A stretch of DNA of 64,000 nucleotides from Anthoceros angustus. Lineage: Eukaryota; Plantae; Anthocerotophyta. The stretch is from contig MU008172.1 in the NCBI GenBank assembly GCA_010909165.1, positions 682,001-746,000 of the forward strand, read 5' to 3'. The notes beneath the pieces are model-generated. The model saw nothing but the letters and a program-made list of their open reading frames with translations. It ran no database searches and was not told the DNA's origin. This document shows positions 36,250 to 45,940 of this stretch, in pieces (the stretch's first letter is position 1; each line of letters begins with the position of its first letter). The position numbers were made by a program, and so were the translations under genes.

Positions 36250-37268
36250 CCAATCATTCGTTGGGAGAGAGTGGAGGACTTGCTCCACTCTCCACGGAGA
36301 CATATGGACCACTCGTTTCCTACCTCATTGTGAAATGAGACCCACAAAAAGGTGAGTGGAACCAACATCATTCGTAAACAAAATATGTGGTCTTGGCTCA
36401 GGCACACTAATACTTGGTGTGCCTTTGGAGGATTTTCGCAGCAATGATGCACCTTTTGAGGCATCTCAGAGTGTAGGAAAACATGAAGGCAAGGTATTAA
36501 GAGTGTCCAATGTGAAGCATGGCCGTCAATATCACTTTGATGTCAAGCAACTTGCTTGTTGGCCTCATCTTGCTGCGGTGTTCATTGTCTATGACCAGCA
36601 TTAGAGAGTTGAAGAAAAAGATAGAAAATGGTTGAAAGTGGTCAATACCACTTCCAAAATTTTGCGAAACTAATACACCTGATTGTGCATGTACCCTGCT
36701 TGGATTATCACATAGTGAAAGACTTCAAGATATTCAAGTGTGGTTACATGCATTTCGATTGCATATGCAGCAACACTATCCACTATGGCAGCCAAGCGCT
36801 TTCCTTTTGAATGATATTGTTGTCGAAATTATGTAGGAGCTCTACGGGCCACATGGGGAGATGCCTTGCCAATCTTGTTATGCCTATGGCATGTTAGGAA
36901 TTGTTGGCTGCGTCATCTCTTGCTCAAGGTTCGCCAGTGGATCGGAGAAGAAGAATGGCAATCTTTGCTCGCCTTAGTGATATCATGTATGTTTTACGTT
37001 GTTGGCACACAAAAACTGAGGCAAGGAAACTATTACAGTAGTTATATGTGGATTATGAAAGCGAAGCTTTAGAGTTCATTCAATACTTTGAGAACTAGTG
37101 GGAGGGGGGATTGCTTATATGGCTGAAATATTCAAAGACCATGCCTCATACTGGCCGGGATTGCAACTCATCAATAGAGGCTTCACATGGTTTTCTAAAA
37201 TCCTTGTTGAGCCATGATTCCATGCGTCTATGAGGCCATCGTATGGATTGGTTGCTCCACACACTAAC
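36250..37268 (+). mobile_element. Degenerate Mutator-like (MULE) transposase, 5' part
   Basis: Contains ILLCLWHVRNCW (MULE CxWH motif), NCNSSIEASHGFLKS (N..IES.H..LK-type motif) and RMDWLLHTL, with stops and frameshifts. Confidence 0.7.
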
Positions 37269-37373
37269 TGTGGGCCACGGACTCTCCCCTTGGGTAGGAC
37301 ATGAGCTAGGTTTTGTTTTTCTCGTAGGCGCGGAGTAGAAAATAAGGCAGAAAGGGAGAAATAAGGTCTGAGT

Positions 37374-37505
37374 ACTCTGGACTGCACTCCGGAGTAGGCA
37401 GAGGGGCTCCGGACCGCACTCCGGAAGGGCTACGGACGACACTCCGGAGTGGATACAGACCGCACTCTGGAGCGCACCGTGGTAAGTCCGGACTACACTC
37501 CGGAG
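37374..37505. repeat. Cluster of eight TC(C/T)GGA motifs near the left end of the insertion
   Basis: actctgga, actccggag, ctccggac, actccggaa, actccggag, actctggag, gtccggac, actccggag within ~135 bp. Confidence 0.75.
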
Positions 37506-38025
37506 CAGGACGGGATAAGTACGCCAAGTAAAGTAACTTAGGAGTCGGAGCGTATTTTAGGCAGACGGGGCCACGTGGACGGTACTGAGAGGTGAACGGG
37601 CATGCAGCGGACCAGGACCGTAGGGTTGCCAGTGGCCGTTATAGGCAGGTATTCACGCTCCGGGTACAGCGCGCCAGCGTAAGGCTAGAGTACGCGGCGG
37701 CGTAATAAGGCCGCAGCACGCGGCGTAAGGCTAAATGCGGCGTAAGGCTAGAGTACGCGCGCGTAAGGCTAGAGGATGCGGGCCTCGGCGAAGAGACGCC
37801 CTCCCGCCCAGCGGCTACTCTCGACGTCGTGGGCCGGAGCGAAGGTCATTCTTCCGGACCTCACGGCAGCCTCTCTCCTCACACCCTCTCTGGCGTTGTC
37901 TTTTCGAGCGCCCAGGCACTCTCGCACGCGGCTCACCCTCGTGGTTGGAGCGACCAACGCAGCGACAGAGGGGCAGAGGAGTGTTGAGCCACAACTTCCA
38001 ACAGCGGAGCAAGAAGAGCGCGGCA

Positions 38026-38939
38026 ATGGGACCCAAGAAGGCGGCGGAAGTGTGGGAGCCCTGGCGCTTGGTGGAGCGCAACATCGTCACCAAGAGATAC
38101 CCCGACTTCGGGCCCTGGCTGGAGGAAGCGGAGGAGCTAGTGGAGCAATGGCACCTGGACATCTTCAGCGCGGTCTGGACTTTTGACAGCGTCACTCTCG
38201 TCCGAGAGTACGCTCGGAAGATGTTGGCAGTCGCCAACAAGGAGGTTCGCTCCAAGAGCTTGAGGGAGGACCCCAGGAGGTGGATCGTGGAGGTCCTGAG
38301 GGCGGTTTACAACCGCCCAATGGAAGAAATTGGGGGCGTAGTCCCAGAGCCCCTCAAGGTGAGGGGAAAGGTAGAGGCGGTGAAGGCGGCAATGTTGAGG
38401 CCAAGGACGCAACGGTCGTCCAACGGCTGGTTGATGTCGGACTGGACAGCAGGCGGTGTGGGAGGGCGTACAAGGTCATTGTCCACTGGAACATGCTCAC
38501 CAAGGTGGATCACCTTGGTGGCAACCTTATGGTGTTCCTTCATGCTCTACAGCGGGGGAAGAGGGCCGACTGGGGGCGGATCATCTTCGCCCGGATCAAC
38601 CAGGAGGCCAAGAAACTACGGAGCGAGAAGCCGCCTCCGTCAGCACTATCGCCCTTCCTCATCCATGTATGGGGACACCTCAACCTCCTGAAGGAGGGAG
38701 AGGAGGAGCGGGCGCTCCGGAAAGGGCTGGCGGCCTTGCCAGAGGCGGAGCGTGAAGGAGGGAAGGCGCCAGAGGCGGAGGTCCGACCTCCTAAGGCCAA
38801 ACGGGCCCGGGAGGACGACGATTGGGAAGGGATTCCGGATTCCATACGATTGGAACGGACCCCCTCGCCGCCCAGGGAGGTATGGGAAGATATTCCCGCC
38901 TCCCTTCTTTTGGTCCCGGCAGTGAGCTCCTCGTGCTAA
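38026..38939 (+). CDS. Retroelement accessory protein (one frameshift near 38460) inside the TG...CA insertion
   Basis: MGPKKAAEVWEPW...NGWLMSDW (frame 1) continues as AYKVIVHW...DWGRIIFARINQE...LSPFLIHVWGHL plus a charged low-complexity tail (other frame). The GW..D / DWG..IF / LSPFL pattern resembles uncharacterised LTR-element extra ORFs recalled from seed-free plants. Confidence 0.6.
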
Positions 38940-39094
38940 GGAGCACCTGGGAGAGAATCGGCTGGCGCCTGGCCACCAGAACCCACCACGGCCCCAAGAG
39001 TGAGCCTCACGGACGAGGAAAGTCGTCAAGAGGCGAAGATGGCTCCCACCAACGAAGCGCCAAGGAGCGCACCGGTTCCTCTGCTCCTACCTAC

Positions 39095-41180
39095 GGAGTG
39101 GCAGGAGGCGGAGGAAGCCGTAAGAAGGGCGGAGTAGGATGCCGCCCAAGGCGCAGGGGCCACTAGCAAAGAACCACACCCGGAGCAGCCTTGTCCCGAG
39201 TGAAGGGGCAAGCGAGCCAGCTCCAGGACCCCCTCACCACCTCCGAGCCCCAAACGAAGACGGGCGGAGAAGGAGTTAGCAGCCCACTCGGAGGCCAGGA
39301 GAGGAGGATGTGGTGGTTACCGCGGTTGTCGAGACCCGGAAATAACGGAGGTCTCGAGAAGGGGAAGGGGCCCCGCCTCGCGGATCATCCGATTGGGTGC
39401 ACCGCAACTGTCGGGGCTGGGAATTGGGTCATCGGCGCCGAGGCGGAACCAAGGGCACTCCCAGGCCCACCGCCGATGACGGAGATAGGCGGAAGAGGGG
39501 AAGATAGTAGGCGGCTGACTAGGAGCTGCGCCACCATTTCGAATAGAAGTGTAATAAAGACGCCGCCCTTGGGCGTAGTTTAAGAGGGCAGGGCTGCTCT
39601 AGTAAAGCATCTTTTCTTGGGGTGGATACTGCGTTTCCTTGTAGACCCTTGTGCGTCTTTTGCTAACGTGAGTCTGAGTCAGGCGGCTGACCGGAGATTG
39701 ATCAAGGTCCGGTGGCGGACCCTAGCGTGTGGTGGTGTGTGCGGTGGGTGGACGAGAGACCCTGCTCTTCCAGCCGGCGGAGCGTTGGGCGGATCGGAGC
39801 GTGGCGGAGGCGGAGGAAGCCGTAGAAGCGGAGTAGGATGCCGCCCAAGGCGCGAGGGCCACTAGCAAAGAACCACACCCGGAGCGGTCTTGTCCCGGCA
39901 GAAGGGGCAAGCGAGCCAGCTCAGACCCCCTCACCACCTCCGAGCCCCAAACGAAGACGGGCGGAGAAGGAGTTAGCCCTGAGGCCGGGGAGAGGAGGAT
40001 GTGGTGGTTACCGCGGTTGTCGACCGCAGGCTGCGACGGGGTCTCGAGAAGGAAGGGCCCGCCTCGCGGATCATCCGATTGGGTGCACCGCTTGTCGAGG
40101 CCGGAATTGGGTCATGTGGCCAGGCGGAACCAAGGGCACTGCCCACCGATGACGGAGATAGGCGGAAGAGGGAAGATAGTAGGCGGTAGGGGGCACCTTG
40201 GCTGGCCACATTTCAATAGGAGTGTAATAAAGACGCCTGGCCCTTGGGCGAGTTTAAGAGGGCAGCCGCTCTAGTAAAGCATCTTTTCTTGGGGTGGATA
40301 CTGCGTTTCCTTGTAGACCCTTGTCGTCTTTTGCTAACGTGAGTCTGAGTCGCGGCGAGCCTGGCCCGAGATTGATCAAGGTCCGGTGGCGGACCCTAGC
40401 GTGTGGTGGTGTGTGCGGTGGGTGGACGAGAGACCCTGCTCTTCCAGCCGGCGGAGCGTTGGGCGGATCGGAGCGTGGCGGAGGCGGAGGAAGCCGTAGA
40501 AGAAGGGCGGAGTAGGATGCCGCCCAAGGCGCAGGGGCCACTAGCAGCAACCACACCCGGAGCCAGTCTTGTCCCCGACAGGAAGGGGCAAGCGAGCCAG
40601 CTCCAGGACCCCCTCACCACCTCCGAGCCCCAAACGAAGACGGGCGGAGAAGGAGTTAGCAGCCCACTCGGAGGCCAGGAGAGGAGGATGTGGTGGTTAC
40701 CGCGGTTGTCAGACCGCCGAAGCCCAACCGGCTGTGGTCTCGAGAAGGAAGGGCCCGCCTCGCGGATCATCCGATTGGTACCCGAATCGCCGTGGGAATT
40801 GGGTCATCGGCGCCGAGGCGGAACCAAGGGCACTCCAGGGCACGCTGGCGACGGAGATAGGCGGAAGAGGGAAGATAGTAGGCGGCCGATTAGTACACCG
40901 AGCTGGCCACCACCGTAATAGGAGTGTAATAAAGACGCCTGGCCCTTGGGCGTAGTTTAAGAGGGCCGAGCTCTAGTAAAGCATCTTTTCTTGGGGTGGA
41001 TACTGCGTTTCCTTGTAGACCCCAGCGCCTTTTGCTAACGTGAGTCCCGAGTCAATGAGGTGCACGAGAGATCAAGGTCCCGGTGACGGACCCTAACGTG
41101 TGGTGGTGTGTGCAGGGGTGGACGACCAGAGACCCCTGCTCTTCCAGAGCAGCGGACCGACGTTGGGCGGATCGGAACGC
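39095..41180. repeat. Three tandem ~680-700 bp units inside the insertion
   Basis: ggaggcggaggaagccgta...ggagtaggatgccgcccaaggcgc recurs near 39105, 39805 and 40480; agtaaagcatcttttcttggggtggatactgcgtttccttgtagaccc recurs near 39601, 40273 and 40975. Confidence 0.9.
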
Positions 41181-41596
41181 GTGAGCCGGAGGAACTCTTA
41201 GAGGGTGTGTAGAGCCCGGACGGAGAGGCCCGGCGGAACGACGGAGGAGGTTCGGACCACGCAACCCAGCCACTCTTCCCCAAAGGATGATGAGTGTAGA
41301 GAGAGAGCGGTGAGGAGAACGGATTAGACGAACGAGGGACGAATTGATAGGATACGGACGCGAACGAGTCCTTAAACGTTTGGCCACGCCGGGCCTATTC
41401 GGTGAACGTGAGAGTAGTTAGGTGTAAAACTGTGGACATGTGCGCTTGAGTCCGAACGGTCACTACGTTGCGGTGAGAATCGGTTGAAAACGTGCCAAAC
41501 GGAGTCTATCATTCCCTTGGGAACGGACTCCTTGCTACAATGACACGGGATTGTGCGCGCCTGGCTGGCCGTCAGCGAAAGTCGCGCCACACTAAC

Positions 41597-42450
41597 TGAT
41601 ATAGTATGTAAAGTATATTAGCATAAGCACTTCTCAAAAACAGCATGGCTTCAAATACAATTCAAAGCAGGAAGTGATTATCGAAAATATGATGAGGGGC
41701 TCCCTCTCCATACCTAACGACCAGTTCACACTTCCTAGCAATGTCCACGAACCAGCTCTAGAGCTCAACAAATCACAGGTTAATCCATATTGTACACAAT
41801 CCGATGGGGGACTGGGTATGCTGTAATTGCGTAAGAAGAAAGTAAGGATTTTTCTCTAAACACTAGACAAAGATATAACGAATGAACAGCCAATTTCATT
41901 CAATAGGTGAGCTCCTCTATACCCTTGTATCTACTTCTAGTCACATTGAGCCTTCTCTAGTAAGAAAGGACATGGCGTGTACCAAAGGCTTGCAAGCATC
42001 AATAAAACCTCAAGGTATGCTACATTAATGCCCGTACACATATTGGCATAATACAATTCGGACATCGCAGGACCTTGTATGATCAAATACTTCTTTGCTA
42101 GAGCATGCCTATGCCGGAGCCAATATCTTTTTGTATCAACTACGATAGTCGGAAGCCCAATCTCGTGGAGCGCAAACTTTGAAGTCCGTTGAGCTGAACA
42201 AAATGGAGAATGGTCTTAGAAACAGTTTGAAACGAAAAAAGAGCATTGTCGAGCTTGCTACCAGCTGGAAGCATCCTTAGAAAGTGAGGCAGGTGAAGAT
42301 GTATACAGTTCTACTGCGAGATAAGAATTAAGTGTGAGCTTGCTCAGCAACTCATTTTTTGTCGTCATGCCTTTAAATGCTTATTGCGGTCTCTATACTT
42401 GCCCGGAAACTCCATAGCTTGATTTGAAAGAACGCTCTCAATTCAAGCTA
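41597..42450 (+). mobile_element. MULE transposase remnant, 3' part
   Basis: Resumes the frame interrupted at 37268 (LTDIVCKVY). A later RVPKACKHQ (~41975-42003) resembles the end of a SWIM zinc finger. Heavily degraded. Confidence 0.55.
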
Positions 42451-43928
42451 AAAAATGAGCCATCTGTATCATGATAAGATTGAACATATTTTAAGGTATG
42501 TATGACACAAAGAGAACAAACTCATCTTTTGCTGTGAATCCTTTCAATGTTTATTTCGATCTACATATTTGTTTCTAGGCTCTAAGAACGAATTAGAAAG
42601 AAAGCTCTTAGCGTAGGCTTCAAATAAACTATTTGTGTCTTGATATGGTTAAATACACCTCTTCCTATGTATCGAAGAAGATACATTCAAATCAGCCCTT
42701 CCTTTGAATGATTATTTTGGTCTCCACACTTACGGTAACCTTATGGACACCAATGTCTAAAAACGTGATTTGAAGTGCCCACCACAACGGTTTGAATGTA
42801 GACCGCGAACTATGATAACGGTGCCCCCCGACTTAGTACTAAAGCGTACATGGAGTATTCGAGTTCATCATGAATGCATACATGTGGAATGCAGTGCATA
42901 AGGTACATATGGATGCGGGCATGTGCGCGCATGCGACACACTACCGACCGCATCAGGTAAGGATGTAGGCATGTTCTTGTGTGCCACTTGCTTCTAACCG
43001 GCTATTGGAGTCTCAATAGTAGGCCCTACATCTGTACACACGCGCACATTAACAATGTGTCGAGTTTTAGAAGCTGATGAATGCTTTGAGGAGTTTAATT
43101 GTTTGGCTATTGTTTGGGGAGTTTAAAGGATTTCTTCTTCTTTCATTGTAGTTATTAATTAGGCACCATTGTATTCATCTTTATTTATTTTTATATATTA
43201 TTTTTTATTCTAAGTTGAGGAAAATGAAGCTTAGTTGGAAATGTGTGCCATAGGTCATCAAAGTGTGCAAGTTATAGCCAAGTGCCTTTGAAACTGTCGT
43301 CCTTCTATTGAGTATCAAGTACTAGATTGCAATGGACTTTGGGTTCATGCCTAGTTGCCCTAGGAGTCGCAAGCCAATTTCAACTTGGACAAGATGGGGC
43401 TGGCAAGTGGACCCTACTAGCCTCGTTAGGCCACTACCTGGGCGCCTCATTAGGTCACTACCCGAACACCTCATTAAGCGCCACATGACAATGAGAGGAT
43501 GTAATTTGAAATTGTTGAAGGCAGTACTCAAACTGCTAGCCCAGTAACTCTGCACACCACTAAGCTATTCCTTCTTGGCGAAGAATATAATGTAGCAAAA
43601 CAATAGCCGTACGGTGCAGAACAGAGCGGAGTGGAGTTGTGCGCACGGCGCGATGTGGTGCAACGCCTCAACAGTGGAAATTGGATGGGCTTGATGTAGG
43701 GCTTGTGTGAGGCTTATTTGTTTCACGGTAGGTGTGCCTTTGTCCTTGGAGGTCTTACATGAAGAGCATGTCTCTTCTCATAAGAGATTTAGCTTTGTCT
43801 ATTTATGCCAAGTCTCTTTCTCATCTCCCCTGATTTCAAGTGGAAAATTAAGACTCATTAATTTAAAGGGCCAAAAAAGCTTTACAAACAAGGATCCAAT
43901 AAGAACTCTTATGGGAGTTACACAGCAG

Positions 43929-44120
43929 CTAAAGAAACTACAAGAAGCAGCATCCTCAAAACTGGAGTTAAAGAAACTACAAGAAGCATCATCCTCAAAA
44001 CTCGAGTTAAAGAAATTACAAGAAGCACCATCCTCAAAACTGGAGTTAAAGAAACTACAAGAAGCATCATCCTCAAAACTCGAGTTAAAGATATTACAAG
44101 AAGCACCATCCTCAAAACTC
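43929..44120. repeat. 39-bp x5 minisatellite with 78-bp higher-order structure (reads LKKLQEA[S/P]SSKLE)
   Basis: aaagaaactacaagaagca at 43931, then every 39 bp. Units 2+3 and 4+5 share alternating ctcgag/ctggag and tca/cca variants. Confidence 0.92.
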
Positions 44121-45166
44121 GCACGAGGAGTCGTAATGGAATATAGCATTACCCTCCAAACTCATACGAGAAGTCATAACAGAGTATCCATGAACATAGA
44201 AGGACAATCCTCCAATTTCAAACCAAACCAAACCTCCACTAGGCCAACCATCTCCACCAAGACCAAAAAAAAAGCAACAAATAAAAGAAAATCACCCACA
44301 AAGCCATAGAAAGTGAGTACGCCACATGGAAAGCGCAGAATCATCATAAAACTTTGCCTATAACTAATCTCTCGGCCAAAACAACTTAGGGCGAGAAGAT
44401 CAAAGAGCCTCCATACCCACGCACTTGTTGCCAAATTTGACACAAAATCGCACGAGGTGCCTGAGAAGGGCTGCCCAGGCCACGGAAAGAAGCGGCACTT
44501 GAGAAGCGTTGAGCTAATAGTCATTGAGGCAGCAACAAGCACCGCGTTGAGCCAACAACGGCTTTGTGCCAGTAGCAACCACCTCTAAATCAGCTAGCAT
44601 AGAACTTCTTTGAGGAAACACGCTAGTTGGAAAGTGCCAACAATTGTGCCAAGGCTTCTTTCTCATGAGGGGAAAAAGTTGAGTTACGACACTTCGAGTT
44701 TTTTGCCGAAGAACACAACAGGTTATAATCCATGTCCACACAAGACCTACAACTCAGATTGACAGCTGTTGAGATAGCCGTGGTGACGGTTGGTGTGAGT
44801 GAGCTCGTGAAGACTCCTAAGTTCGAGAATCTAAACATATATATCGCGATACTACATTGAAGACAATGTACGCTAAAAAACCAAACAAGACCGTGGCAGA
44901 TCATAGTGAAAGATGTCTTGTGTTGTGTTTTGGGTGTTACTAAAATACAAGCGTAAAAGACATGTAGGGAGTTCTTTCTTAAAAAAAAAAGATCAATACT
45001 TAAAAACCTTTTGAATAAATATGTACGCATAAAATATATGTTAACATATATAGGGAATATATGTAAATATATTAAAAATATTCATAAAATATGAATAAGA
45101 AAAAAAATACGGAATTACAATTTTAATCATAAAATATCCATATAAAATAAATCTATGACTCACCGA

Positions 45167-45296
45167 ATACCATAGAAACTCTCGAATTTAAATGAAAATC
45201 CACCCTAAGTTCTCTAGGTAGTAATTGCGTCATACCATAGAAACTCTCGAATTTAAATGAAAATCCACCCTAAGTTCTCTAGGTAGTAATTGCGTC
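45167..45296. repeat. Perfect 65-bp tandem duplication
   Basis: ataccatagaaactctcgaatttaaatgaaaatccaccctaagttctctaggtagtaattgcgtc at 45167-45231 and 45232-45296. Confidence 0.95.
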
Positions 45297-45940
45297 TGGG
45301 AACTATGTGAGACGTCTCAAAGCCAGAGGGCTAAGGAGCTTGCCTCGCCAAGTTTGGCAAGGATCCTCAGGCTATAGGTACCTGCCTAAATGTTTGACTA
45401 GGCTAAATGTTTAGGTGATCCTATCCGAATTTGCCATATATGCTGCCTTAACACTGGGAAAACCTGTGTACCACCTTTTTGTTTGGGTTGGCTGTGGCTT
45501 AGCGACAATCGTACCGAGAAGCATTCGAAGAGGTGGATTCTGCATTGCTCTCGACGAGTTCAATTCTGCTTGAGCTGTGGTTGGGAAGTCATTCTGGGTG
45601 ACGACATCGTAATCGTTTGCCTGGACATAATTTAGCAGCGGCAAGAGTTACATGAGATTGTGGGACACTTCGTTTCATGCTGCTGAACCGGAGGTACACG
45701 CACTGCTTGCTTAACAGATTTTGCCTCTGACGCTAGGCTCCCTGTTGTCGCGGGGTATCCCTTGGCTCAGCAGAGGAAGGCGAGCACCTTGGACTCTTTC
45801 CAGATAATGCAAACGGGGAGCTTTGGCTGCGCAATCCTGATTTACCAGAGAAGTGGATCTTGATTCCCAGCCAAAGTGTCCAAGGAAAAGGACGGAAAGG
45901 GAGGGGAACGCTGAGCTGAGCTGTGCGCAGAATTTAGGAT

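Larger units (their letters stand above)
37269..41591. mobile_element. 4,323-bp solo-LTR-like insertion: TG...CA ends, 5-bp TSD CTAAC, no gag/pol
   Basis: ctaac(37264-37268)|tgtgggcc ... gcgccaca|ctaac(41592-41596). The termini are imperfect inverted repeats (TGTGG.../...CCACA). Removing the insert restores the host MULE frame DWLLHTLT-DIVCKVY. Confidence 0.88.

Noticed and set aside
35600-43070. CATG-rich segments at ~35600-35700 and ~42870-42940 as MULE terminal inverted repeats
   Set aside because: Only weak, short inverted similarity and no 9-bp TSD could be identified by eye.
43929-45296. Short repeats (39-bp array, 65-bp duplication) as a CRISPR-like array
   Set aside because: Units are contiguous with no unique spacers, there are no cas genes, and the context is eukaryotic.
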